DNA of 64,000 nucleotides. Origin: Hydrolagus affinis (taxonomy: Eukaryota). Under the pieces are notes generated by a model, which was not told the origin of the DNA, ran no database searches, and saw only the letters and a list, made by a program, of their open reading frames with translations. Below are positions 11,970-23,739 of the stretch, in pieces (position 1 is the first letter of the stretch; each line of letters starts with the position of its first letter). Position numbers and translations under genes: made by a program. Location: contig JAAILG010000264.1 in the NCBI GenBank assembly GCA_012026655.1, forward strand, positions 1-64,000. The letters are read 5' to 3'.

Positions 11970-12538
11970 CTAGAAGGAAAATAATTATTTTAGAATCCAT
12001 TCATATGGTCAATTTATCTTAATAAAACAGTTGGCATTTTCTAGTGGAACAATCTGTTTTGGTCAAAACAATACACGACAAAGAAGATATGGCACCCATC
12101 AATTTTGGTTCACTTGGAAGAATGGAACGTATACAGAATCCAATATAAGAAAAGATGTTAGTTACAGCTTTAAACTATCCAAGGTTACTGTATGTAAATC
12201 GTATTATACGTGAAAAATTTGGTGTTACTCACATTAACACTTATCCTTAAATTAATACTCAAATTTTTTTTAAATTGCCATTTCAATTCACGACTGTTTG
12301 TGGGACACTGCTGTGCACAATTGGCTGTCGTTTTTCGCCCATAAATATACACTCAATTCACTTTAGTATGTTCTGTGAAGCACTTTCAGACATTTAGAGG
12401 ATGTAAAAAAGTGCTATATCAAATGCAAGGATTATTATTAGTATTATTATTATCCTATTTAACTTCTACTTAAGCAAACTGGAGTACCATAGAAATTAAA
12501 TCATATTGGGGAATAGAACTCGTGAAATGAACACACAC

Positions 12539-12689
12539 CTTTAGGTCAGTAACTGTGGGGATTTTCTCTTCCAGAAACATCTCTCCCAGCTGTTCATCCA
12601 CATTCGCTACACACTCTACAAGCTCCTGACGTCGGTCAGCAGCCTCTGCTCGCAGCTCAGCAGGAATGTCCGCATAGTTCACATCCTGA
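12539..12689 (-). CDS. GFM1: GFM1 exon 6
   Basis: [50 protein letters not shown]. Confidence 0.95.
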
Positions 12690-12805
12690 CTGAAGGAGAT
12701 TATTTATTTTATGAACATTTCCAATCACGCAATACATTTGGTGTTGAAAAAGCCAAGCAGCTGAACAATATTCTATCAATTCGGTGATAAACTAAATTCT
12801 TTCTC

Positions 12806-13014
12806 AAAAACAGAAGTGGCTGGGAACACTCAGCAGATCAGGCAGCATCTATGGAGAAAGGAAAAGTGAGTCACTGTTTCTGATGAAGAGTCATGGTCCC
12901 AAAACGTTGACTCACTTTTCCTTTCTCCATAGATGCTGCCAGATCTACTGAGTGTCCCCAGGAATTTCTGTTCATGTTTCAGATTTCCTCGTGATCTGCA
13001 GTATTTTGTGTTTT
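12806..13014 (+). mobile_element. Penelope-type palindromic retroelement remnant with degenerate hammerhead core
   Basis: Perfect 33-bp inverted arms 12841-12873 / 12908-12940 around CTGATGA-AGAGTC-ATG-GTCCC-AAAACGTT; flanking TCTTTCTC direct repeat. Confidence 0.6.
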
Positions 13015-13591
13015 AAAAAAAATCTTTCTCACTCCATTTTATTTTACAATGCCGTCTTCAAGAAAACAGCAGGTAAAGTATTACATTGGTGCTATGATCC
13101 AGAAGGCAAATAAAGTGAAAAGTAGAATACAGTAAAAGGTAATGTAAGGTATGGAGAAAATCCCATATTAAAACTTAAGATGGTGCGTAAGGGACTCAAT
13201 ATGGTCTCAAGCAATTAAAGAGGTTGTCCGCATTACTTTATCTTTGTAACAGCTGATATTCAATTAATAATCAAACCTTCTCATTTTTAGAATAAAATTT
13301 AGAAACGGAAACCAGTGAAGGGGAATTTGTTGGAACACTTAACAGACATAAGAAGACTTGGTAAGATATACATTATTAATCTGGTCTAAGAATTGGGAGC
13401 ATTCCCATAATAAATATTATAGTTTGGAATATTCTTACATTTAACCTGTGCTAGATTTCTCAACTATTTAAACAAGAACAAATTACATTTGTATAGTGCC
13501 TTTCACGTCAGGAGGACATGCCAAAAATCTCATCGTGTTTGTATGGAAATCAGGAAGATGCTCAGCACATTTGAATAATAATGCTGCTTAC

Positions 13592-13708
13592 CCAAACTGG
13601 CCTTCAAAATAAATAGCCCGTTCCTCAATGAGATCAATAATTCCTTTAACATTTCCTTCCAAACCAATTGGAATTTGAATGTATGCTGTGTTGTAATTCA
13701 ATTTTGAC
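13592..13708 (-). CDS. GFM1: GFM1 exon 5
   Basis: [39 protein letters not shown]. Confidence 0.95.
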
Positions 13709-14244
13709 CTGCAATAGTAAGACATTGAACATTTGGTTCTGAGGACAGAGATCGAAAGCATTTTGAAATGAAATTCTAATTGTTTATCATCTCATAATTT
13801 GGAATTACTCCCCATGGTGTTGTATCCCCTTGGTGTGCAGTTGTTTTTTTCACACACACACACACACTTATTACACACATTATAGAGGTCTTAGTCTGCC
13901 CTCGGGTGGCAGTAACTAAGCACTGCAAGATCGTTGCGTTGCAGCTTTGAGTCCAGTAGTCCACGAGATATTTTCATTCCTGGGAGAATTTAGGGTCATG
14001 ACAGACTTTGTGTTTGACACGATTCAACTTTTTACTCATTACCCACACAGAGCATCCCCTCCTCACCCAGAGAAATGTTCCCTGAACTGCACTCACTTAT
14101 TGCCACCTTGTCCATTCTCTCCTGCCTGTGCAACAGGTTCTGTTATGAGTTTGTAAGTCTGGCAAATTAATCCTGTATTAAGGTTAATCTTATGCCCCCT
14201 AAAACCACACTTTGGCTGCGCAAATTCCTAATAAACCTTGCGTA

Positions 14245-14565
14245 TAATAATAATAATCCTTGATTTGACATAGTGCTTTTCACATCTTCTAAACGTCTCA
14301 AAGCGCTTCACAGAATGTACTATATAGTGAATTGACTGTATATTTGTGGGTGAAATGCGGCAGCCAATTGCGCACAGCAATGTCCCACAAACAGTTGTGG
14401 ATTGAAATGACCAATTTTATTATTGTTTTTTTTTTGGGGGGGGATTATTATTAGGCGTGTGGAGTAAGGAAACTTGCCCAAGATTTTGCCCTGATCTGTC
14501 TGGATTCAAACACAGGTCTTACGCTTGTAAGGCGAGTGTTCCAACCATGCGCTACAGGACTCCAC
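14245..14565 (-). mobile_element. tRNA-derived Deu-domain SINE, full length
   Basis: Same consensus in reverse: GTGGAGTCCTGTAGC head through to (ATT)n tail. Confidence 0.88.
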
Positions 14566-14794
14566 AGTGTATAGAGTGATGCAGCCGCTCATCACGTCTT
14601 ACGATAACGATGTGATGGCTGGCTAATGTCACAGGAGGTTAAGTGCCAACACGGTTCAGTCTGATTCCTGAAACACAGGATTCTAACCACATTCACATTA
14701 ACCTCTCATCATTGGAAATATAGATTGAAACACCACTCGTCAAAATTGTGCATTCAGAGCAATTAACCGTGTAAGTCCAGAGGCCAGCACAAAC

Positions 14795-14999
14795 CTTAAT
14801 TGTTGAAGAGCTCGGTTAGGGTCAGCTCCCAGCCTGTCCAGTTTGTTTATAAAGGTAAGAAATGGCACATTGTAGCGCTTCATTTGTCTGGTTACTGTCA
14901 TTGTCTGACACTGGACTCCACCAACTGAGCACAAAACCAAAACAGCTCCATCTAAGACTCTCAAGGAACGCTCAACCTCGATTGTGAAATCCACATGAC
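14795..14999 (-). CDS. GFM1: GFM1 exon 4
   Basis: [69 protein letters not shown]. Confidence 0.97.
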
Positions 15000-15509
15000 C
15001 TGAGTGAATAGCAAACACGCACAAGCACATCAATCAACAAGGAAGGAGACATGCAAGATATAGTTTATGTTCCAATAAGCCCAGAAAAACACAAGCAGGA
15101 AAAAAATATTGATGAGATACGTGCTGTTACTTCTGTAAACACCAAACCAAATTGGTCATTTGTGTCTGCTGAGAGGGAAGAACTAAGACAGTTTCGGCAA
15201 CCAGCAAATTCACACATGAATAATACTAATAATAATCGTTGCATTTTATTTAGCGCTTTTCACATCTTCTAGACGTCTCAAAGTGCTTCACAGAATGTAC
15301 TGTAAAGTGAATTGACTATATTTGTGGGTGCAAAGTGGTTTGGTGTTTACAGAAGTAATAGCATGTATCTCATCAATATTTTCCTGCTTGCGCACAGCAG
15401 TGTCCCAAGAAAGGAAAGTTATCACCCTTAATATGAGCCTTCTGCTCAAATTGTGCTAATAGTTCATCTCAGGCATTTAGTGAGTCTTAAACCTGGTTTT
15501 GATAGTTAC

Positions 15510-15642
15510 CTGGAGTATCAATGATATTAATATTATTTTCCTTCCATTCAGTGTACGTGGCTGCTGACTGGATAGTAATACCTCTCTGTCGTTCTAGTTC
15601 CATTGAGTCCATAATGGCACCCACTCCATCCTTTCCTTTCAC
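15510..15642 (-). CDS. GFM1: GFM1 exon 3
   Basis: [44 protein letters not shown]. Confidence 0.96.
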
Positions 15643-15828
15643 CTGTCGATTGGGATTAAAACTTTAATATTAGGAGACAACGTACAGAGATCAACTGTTC
15701 AAGAGATAGTCTTTCTTAATGCCGTATAGATGAACTTTTCTGGATGTTCATCAAATTCACTTTATATACAACAATCTTTCTCTGTCTCCTTACCCTCCCA
15801 CCCCAATAAATAAAAAAAAACACTGAAC

Positions 15829-15981
15829 CTCATGCATTTGTGTTATTCTTCCTGAGTAGTACAAAATTCTTTCTGTAAGCGTGGTTTTCCCAGAGTCTAT
15901 ATGTGCAGAGATTCCTATATTCCGAATCCTCTCGTTTGGTAGTATTCCAGAAGAACACCGTCGACAGCTGTTTAGAAGGAT
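15829..15981 (-). CDS. GFM1: GFM1 exon 2
   Basis: [51 protein letters not shown]; G1 P-loop. Confidence 0.96.
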
Positions 15982-16235
15982 CTGTAAGAAAATATTGAAG
16001 AAATTCTGTTCACTGTTTCAGTTTATAATGAACGTTCCTCGGTTGTTTCACATGTGTTCCAAACCACTTTGGCTTCATAGTTATTCTGTCTTTTAAGGAT
16101 TTATGATCTGAAAGGCTAAATTTCAGGTATAAAGTCGATCAGATAGCTTAAGTCACTTTTCTCCAAACTACTAACCCTCCCCTCCTGCCCTCCCCACCCC
16201 ACCCCCAACCCCAGCCAGTGGTTATTACAAGGAGT

Positions 16236-16540
16236 AATAATAATTTTTAAAACTTGCATTTGATATAGAGCTTTTCACGTCTAGACGTCTCTCACTGAAC
16301 ACACTGTAAAGTGAATTGACTGTATATTTGTGGGTGCAGCGCGCCAGCCAATTGCGCACAGCAGTGACCCACAAACAGTCGTGGATTGAAAACGATCAAT
16401 TTTATTATTGTGTTTTTTTTGGGGAGGGATTATTATTAGGCGTGTGGAGTAAGGAAACTTGCCCTGGGTTTGGCCCTGACCTGACCTGACCTGCCTGGAT
16501 TCCAACACAGGTCTGTCTCACTTGTCAGGCGAGTGCTCCA
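16236..16540 (-). mobile_element. Same SINE family
   Basis: Consensus match, head slightly truncated. Confidence 0.82.
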
Positions 16541-16576
16541 GGAGCTGTCTCCAGGACATGACATTTGCTCACAGGG

Positions 16577-16676
16577 NNNNNNNNNNNNNNNNNNNNNNNN
16601 NNNNNNNNNNNNNNNNNNNNNNNNNNNNNNNNNNNNNNNNNNNNNNNNNNNNNNNNNNNNNNNNNNNNNNNNNNNN
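16577..16676. other. Assembly gap (100 N)
   Basis: Run of N in GFM1 intron 1. Confidence 0.99.
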
Positions 16677-16739
16677 CCACACACACACACACACACACCC
16701 TCCTCCCCGACCATCTTACCCTCCCCCCCCACCCACACT

Positions 16740-17160
16740 CCACCCCGGGGGGGGGGGGGGGAGGGACCAGTAGTTGGCCCACGGGCCGGGAAGGGCTGTC
16801 AGGGGCCGGGTCGGTGTGGGGGTGAGAGACGTCTCTTACCCGCCTGATGTTGAACGGAGCCGCCGGGCTGCCGGCCAACAGCGCGGACACTTTAAACAGG
16901 TGCATTTTGCGGCGGTGCCGGTGCTCCGGGAGGGCAGTGACGGGGGGGTGGTCTCGTGGCTCAAACTCCGCGGGTTGAGTCGCCGGGAGACACGGGGGAA
17001 GGTCAAAGCTACAAACCCGCCCCGGATGATGATCATCCATCCACCCGCCCACTGCCGCCGCCGCCGCCAACCACCCCCCCCTGCTGGCCGGAGGGCAACA
17101 TAACATCCCAACACTCCCCACTGATCACTCACTCTAGCCCTCTCCACCTCCGCCCTGGCT
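16740..17160. promoter_or_regulatory. CpG island / GFM1 promoter and first exon
   Basis: Abrupt GC- and CpG-rich stretch around the GFM1 ATG in AT-rich surroundings. Confidence 0.75.
16840..16905 (-). CDS. GFM1: GFM1 exon 1 (mitochondrial presequence)
   Basis: ATG...MHLFKVSALLAGSPAAPFNIRR|gtaag in a CpG island; phase 0 fits exon 2. Confidence 0.8.
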
Positions 17161-18173
17161 TCATTTATCCATCACTACAATAACAATGTGTATTTATACA
17201 TTTCCCTCCCCTCCCTGCTGGCTGGCGTCTCAGAACGCTTTAAGGTGGCGGAGCCGGGGAGGGTGGTGGTGGTGGTCGGAAGGCAACCACAAGAGCATAA
17301 GTCGGTCCATCGGAAAGGTCTTGAGGCACGACCTGAAGAGGGGGGTGCAAGGCGAAGAGATTGAGGGGTTTAGTGGCTGAAAGCACGGAAGGAGGAGCGG
17401 AGGATTCAAAGCGCTTCGAGGATTCGAAGCGCTCTGAGACGCCGTCCGGCGTGGAGGGCGCTATATAAATCGAAGTTGTTGTTGTTGATTCAGGGGGATA
17501 AGGAGGAGGCCAGACCCAGTAGATTGGAGGCAACGTGTACAGTACAAGTGTGGAGAAAGGAAGTTGGAGAGGTGGTAGTGGAGGGGAGGTGGAGGTGGGG
17601 AGGTGTAGAGGAGGAGAGGGATTTAAACACAAGACTACCACTTAAATCATCACACTTTTTTGTGTCAATATTCCAGTTGCATTTATAATAATAAACAAAC
17701 AAATAATAAGAATCCTTGCATTTGAAATAGATTAAAGCCACCAAGCTGCTTTGGTCGTGAATGAGTGATCTGTGTGGCATGGCAATGTTACAGCGGGTAA
17801 GAATTCACAAACACGAGAATTAATGTTAAGATTTTATTAACTGGCTTTTGTGGGCTTATGAGTTCAGACAGCAAGTCTAGTTATCATAACCAATAAAAAA
17901 AAACACTATACAGTACACGATGTACTTGTCTGAAATGCTTTTTCAGATAACTTCAGTATTTCCATCAGTTGCTGCATACTCCTAATAACAGAGGTGTTCA
18001 TTTTGAAGTATGTGAAAGCCAGAAGTTATAAGGGACATAACAATAGTTCTACAGGATCGTAAACTAGAAAATGAAATCACAGAAACTCAACATTGATGAA
18101 AAACTAGTGGAACAAGCTTTCTCTAGCAAGAAAATGGCCGTGCGTTCCCACGTTCCTGATCACATTGGCTCCT

Positions 18174-18324
18174 CTATTGCTTCCCACGTGTATTCCTGTT
18201 TTGCATTTCATATGCGTTTCCCTGAACCATCCCAATCATGTTCTCATGTGGCATCCCATTCTCATTCCTACGTGGCATCTCAAGCACGTTCTCATGTGTG
18301 TTATTGTTCAAGTATTGTCGGGAC
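18174..18324 (-). CDS. MLF1: MLF1 last coding exon (divergent, repeat-containing)
   Basis: ccccaaag|G TCC...TAG; SRQYLNNNTHENVLEMPRRNENGMPHENMIGMVQGNAYEMQNRNTRGKQ*; phase fits exon 6; minus-strand AATAAA at 17833-17838. Confidence 0.75.
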
Positions 18325-18663
18325 CTTTGGGGAACAGATGCAAAATGAATTCATCCTGTCATTTATATACAGTATTTATATAATATACATAAAATTTATA
18401 TATATGAAATATTCTGTCATATATATTAAATGTATATATGTACTTATATAGTATATTCTGTGAAGCACTTTGAGATGGCTAGATGTGAAAAGTGCTCTCA
18501 AATGCAAGAATTATTTATTATTATTTCTTGCAAATCGCAATTTTAATTGGCCAATGTTAGTTAGCCAAGACATGTGTAGCCAAACAAACTTGTATTTCTA
18601 GTAAAATTATTATTCAGGTTTCAGAGAAAAATAATTTTCAAATAATTCGAGGATTAAAGCTAC

Positions 18664-18784
18664 CTTTGTGCTTCAGGTTCAAGGCCCCTATTTACACTGG
18701 TACGAGAAGTTCGTGCAGATGGTCCACCCCTCCCAAAACCTGCCACCTGATTTTCCCATTCTTGATCAAAGGCACCTGCTTCAT
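18664..18784 (-). CDS. MLF1: MLF1 exon 6
   Basis: (N)EAGAFDQEWENQVAGFGRGGPSARTSRTSVNRGLEPEAQ. Confidence 0.9.
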
Positions 18785-19093
18785 CTGTTAATCACCAAAA
18801 TAATGTTACTGACAAAATGGTGGTAGGATCTCAATACAGGTCTTTCACATAATAGTCATAAACATTCAGCACCATTGCAAGTGTACTCCATAGAAGGTAG
18901 CATTTCAGGTACCTGTACGAGTTTATCACCAAACAAATACTGTCCAAAGGAACATATCTGCACAAGAAATACAGTTCCTGTAACATTGACTACAATAAGT
19001 TCAACCTTTTTTCCTCCTGGTAACAGATTAAAAACTATTTTGCTCTGATATACATGCTACTGTATCTTTCAAAATGTTTCAAATAAACCTTAC

Positions 19094-19253
19094 TTTCATC
19101 CACATTGATAAATTCCTGATTCACTTCTGAAGCCCCTGATTTTTCATTTTTAGACCTTTCAATAACATGACCACGATCACGAATGTGATGACCAATTTTG
19201 AGTTTCTCTTCTCCGGTGTCAGAGTTTCTGATTGCTTTTCGTGTCTCTTTAAT
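19094..19253 (-). CDS. MLF1: MLF1 exon 5
   Basis: IKETRKAIRNSDTGEEKLKIGHHIRDRGHVIERSKNEKSGASEVNQEFINVDE. Confidence 0.96.
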
Positions 19254-20194
19254 CTGCAAAAGAAAACCCAATTTCAATTCCTTTTCAACAATCCAAAGAT
19301 AGGTTCTAAACTCAGCATATTCCACAAAATATCTATCACACGCCATTGGGGTAAGAGAACTTACAGTGAAAAATTGCTTCAAAATTGATGACTGTTTAAG
19401 CGTTTGACAAATTCTGAAATGTTACATTAAAAGAGTAAATCTAGATCTATGTTTGAATTTCTCCCTTCTTATTTAGGATTTTACTAGATGGACCATAAGG
19501 GCAATAAAGTTAGACGTTCCCTTTGTTATTCTTTTGTTTTTCTGTTATTCTGCACAGAAGCATGTAATCACATTAACCCCATTCTCAGAACAGTTTGCTA
19601 TAAAGATAAAGGACCTTTGTTCCAGATGTCTTCCATGTCACATTCCACATTAGGGTTTGAGAATTTCACTTGTGGGGCCAACTAATTTGAAGGATTACCA
19701 AGGCTGTATTGTTGGACATGCAACTTTGACATGGCTTGTAGCCTGGTCCAAATTTATTATTCTACTTATTATTATCATTATTATTAACTAAATACAACAA
19801 CAACTTTGATTTATATAGAGCCCTCCATACCGGATGGCGTCTCAGAGCGTTTCACAATAACAGATCCTGGGACCGAGCCAGGGGCAGGGGTAGAAAGGTG
19901 ACCAAAGGTGCGGTCGAAGAGAAAGGTCTATGGAGACATTCTGGAATGCAAATGGCTTTCCTCCATTGTGCCCCCAGATTTGCCCAGAAATGGAGGAATG
20001 TTGAAATGTCACAAATACAGAAATAGAAAATTCAGAAAGCAATAGTTTTTGCATTATACAAGTTTTTTTGATTGAATTTTTTTTCTATGGCCTCAAATTC
20101 CTTTTCATTTACAGGGTGACTAAAAAGTCATGATATCTACCCTACTATCTAAAAACAAACAAAAAATCATAATTTCTTTAAACCTTAAGACATT

Positions 20195-20484
20195 ATAATT
20201 ACATTTGATATAAAACTTTTCATGTCTTCTAGACATCTCAAAATGCTTCACAGAATATACAGTACTGTAAAGACTGTATTTGTTGGGGAAATGTGGCAGC
20301 CAATTTCACACAGCAGTATCCCACAAACAGTCATAGATTGAAGTGACCAATTTTTTCTTGGTGAGGGATAATATCAGCCGTGTGGAATTGGGCAACTTGC
20401 CTAAGTTTTCGCCCTGTTTGGAATTGAAACCTAGGTTCTCACTTGCAAGGCGAGTGCTCTAACCACGGAACTACAGGACTCCAC
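20195..20484 (-). mobile_element. Same SINE family, full length, more diverged
   Basis: Head and tail present; flanked by CATTRTAATT direct repeats. Confidence 0.82.
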
Positions 20485-21821
20485 TGTACCATTGTAATTG
20501 TATCACAACTTTATGATCACCCTATACATACTTCAAACATTCAGCAATAAAGTTAAAGTTAATCTTCTTAAACCAGATGGTTTGAAACTCGAGGCTACAT
20601 AAGGTACTTGGGAAATGCTATTCATGTTCACCATTCCAACACAAACTGAATGAATGAACATGTTACCATTTCAGACATGAAAGGTTAGCATCTACTGAGC
20701 ATGTATCATTGGTTAAGTGTTCTCAGGTCCTATCACTGTCCGCTTGACTTATTATTAGAAGCTTTGATTATGATAACAATGTGGAGCTTAGTTCTGTCAT
20801 CACATCTACAAGTTATTTTGAACTGCATGCAGGCACATTACCTTTAATCTGTTTTGCAGTTCTAGCTAAATTTTTCACATATTGGTGTCAACAAAAATTC
20901 CTTTGCGCCACTAATTTTTAGTTAGTAATTTAAGTTTCTTAAATTTAAAAATCTGGAGACAGGAAGTATATGTGTGTAAAGAAATATGGATTGCTAACAT
21001 TATAAATACTATTTTGTAGTACCAATTCAGGGCAGTTATTACATTGAAAATTACACAGAGAAGTGTGTTTACAACACTGTTTGAGGATTTATATTTAATC
21101 TAGCTCAAGTTTTCTGATGAAGGATATTAAAAAAACAAAATAAAAGATTGAGATTTAAACCATTTGCACCATCAAGCTGCCTAAATCTATTTTTAGTGGA
21201 CTATTTTTAGGTCATTAAGTCTACACAAGTGCTGATTTATGGCTCTATTATTACATTATTTTTTTTTAAAAATGTTATACACTGATCATCAATCATAAAT
21301 AGCTATGCTAATAATAGTAATGCTATGCTGACAAGGCCTCGCAGTTTGCCTACAAATGGACAGTCACTACACTTTACAGTAAATTTTGTGACGCGCTTTG
21401 AGATGTGGGAACAAGGTACTACACCAAATGCAAGGATAAATATCATTATTATAACTACTACCTCTCTTCTGCCAACTCCTGTATCTATCTACTATTCTCA
21501 ATTTTGTGTCCAGTACTTCACAGCTGAAGAATCTCAGTGTTGGCCTTACACTGTCACCAGGTCAAGGATTAAGCAGTATGGGTTGCCGCACACAACTTTG
21601 TTAAGTCGCTTATGTCTTGGATACTTAAGGGTACTGACCATTCCTTTCTCAAAATACTGTAGCCAAAATAATCCCTTTGACCACGGTAAAATCTGTGATT
21701 AAAATAGCACAACAAATTCTGAGTCTATCCCCACGTAAAATAAATGTCATGATTTCCCTAACGGATCCAATTTAGGTAAATAATATAATGCTTCTTGTCT
21801 TTATTTAGAATACCAACTTAC

Positions 21822-21950
21822 CCCACCAGGAGCTTGTCTGGTTTGACTTGTAGCCTCAAATAGCTTTGCAGGTTTATCTCCCAATTTTGAATAGGTCTTT
21901 ACCGTGGAGGAGTGGAAAGAATGACCATTCGAATTGGAAGGCTGTTCATC
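21822..21950 (-). CDS. MLF1: MLF1 exon 4
   Basis: DEQPSNSNGHSFHSSTVKTYSKLGDKPAKLFEATSQTRQAPGG. Confidence 0.95.
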
Positions 21951-22279
21951 CTATGGCAGAAAAAACATACTCTGAAATAAATAAACTGCTAGTTTTTCCT
22001 CAGCTGGACTTTATCCCTACTTACTCAAAGAATTCATGAACTGCACACTTAAAATGACGACATATCGCTTAACTCACTTAAATATACTGTACTCTTTTTG
22101 AGCAGCCAAACTTTTACATTACAGTATTTAGAAATGAATGTAACCAAGCTTTTCTTGTAAAAAAAGAGGGATTACTTAGCTTGTACAATCTTTCTGATTC
22201 TTGAAATTGAAGCATTCTCCATGCACCACTAGAAAGTGATTCACCAGAAATTTTATGACGGTGTTGGGGGCAGGGGAGG

Positions 22280-22925
22280 AACAACAACAATTTGGATTTA
22301 TACAGCACCTTCCACGCCAGGCGGCATCTTGCAGCCCGAGGCTGAGCCAGAGGTTGGGGAAGGTGACCTTAAGCGCGGGCAAAGAGAAACATCTTCAGGC
22401 GCATATAGAAGAGTGGAGGCAGCGGGTACTGCTGTGAGGAGATTGGAGGTTAGAGAGATGGGGGGGTTGCCAAGGAGTGGAGGGATTTAATCACACGAAT
22501 GAGGATCTTGAAGTTGATCTGCTCTGTGACAGGGAGCCAGTGCAATTTGGCAAGTACTGGGTAATCCAGGTATGAAGTTTGGTGCATGTGAGAATGTTGG
22601 TGATGGAGTTTTGGATGAGCTGAATTTTATGGATGGTGGAGGAGGGCGTTGGAATAGTCTAGCCAAGAGGCAACAAAGGCATTGACCAAGGTTTCAGTAG
22701 CTTTTGGGGTGAGGTATTGACGGAGATGGGCAATGTGGCGGAGGTGGAAGAATGCGGTGCTGGTAAGGGACTGAATGTGGGAAAGGATAACTGAGGATCG
22801 AACCTGACACCCAAGTTGTACATGGGTTCAGAGAGTTTCAAGGATGGTCGGATAGGTTGAGGAGGTCAGAACCGTGGGACAGAAGACATCGACAGGAGCC
22901 AAAGCGTATGGCTTCCAGCTTGTTA
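22280..22925 (-). mobile_element. L2 LINE fragment
   Basis: NLGVRFDPQLSF peptide, colinear with the 27050-28169 copy; (CAA)n tail. Confidence 0.85.
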
Positions 22926-23739
22926 TGGTGAACTACTGGAAGGGAGATAAGGGAGAAGAAATCCCAAGTAATGCCTCTAAAATAAACTCAGAATCTCATT
23001 TCTAATTGACAGGTCAGGGATGACTGGTTGCAAGTTCTCATCAGATCCTGCATTAATGATCCAGTTACATGGTTGACAAGTATCTGCATTGGAGGTGTTA
23101 ATCACAGTGCTAAGAATCACTAGATGACTAGAGGTTCAAGGGAAACGGACTGAAGGAGTGAAGAGGTGTCTTTAAGGCTTGACAAGACTTGGGCTAGGGA
23201 ATGTAGAAGAACACTGTGATTTCTGCTGTGAGGTTCTGGTGTCAGATGAAGCTGAGTGTTAAGATGTATAATTTGAGATAAATGTTTCATTGATCCTGAC
23301 AGGTAAGTGCAGTTTTTTTCTTCCTAAACATCTCAGAAATATTATGTTCTTGAACAATTGGAGGACGGGAAAATCCTAAACATATGCTGCATTTATCTTT
23401 GTTGTGCTTGGCTGAATGGAACCTGAAACAGAGTTTCTAGGCAGTGTAAATGTTATAGAACATTTTGAACAATGATTACATTGTGAATGAGTTAAAGAAG
23501 CTATCTTGTTACCGATCTATAAAGCAAATTTTTAAAATGACCATTACAGTGCCAAGTAATAAATTGGACAAAGAGACCATTGAATAAATACATTTGATAG
23601 ATCTTTACAAATAAAATAAACTTGAATCAGAAAACCTTAATAGATTATGAACAAAACATACCTAATGTGACAGAACCTTCGGTGCTGTATAGAGGATTCA
23701 AAATTAAGAAGGATGGCATGTGATTTGGTATATAAATTA

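Larger units (their letters stand above)
3568..16905 (-). other. GFM1: Gene span: mitochondrial elongation factor G1, exons 1-13 (remaining exons beyond left edge)
   Basis: 13 GT-AG exons give a continuous 1583-nt frame with EF-G GTPase motifs [22 protein letters not shown] and domain [12 protein letters not shown]. Confidence 0.97.

Noticed and set aside
16525-17121. 198-aa GC-rich ORF
   Set aside because: Only 16840-16905 is the GFM1 first exon; the rest is CpG-island read-through across an N gap.
18071-18451. 126-aa plus-strand ORF with SHV repeats
   Set aside because: Antisense shadow of the repeat in the MLF1 last exon.
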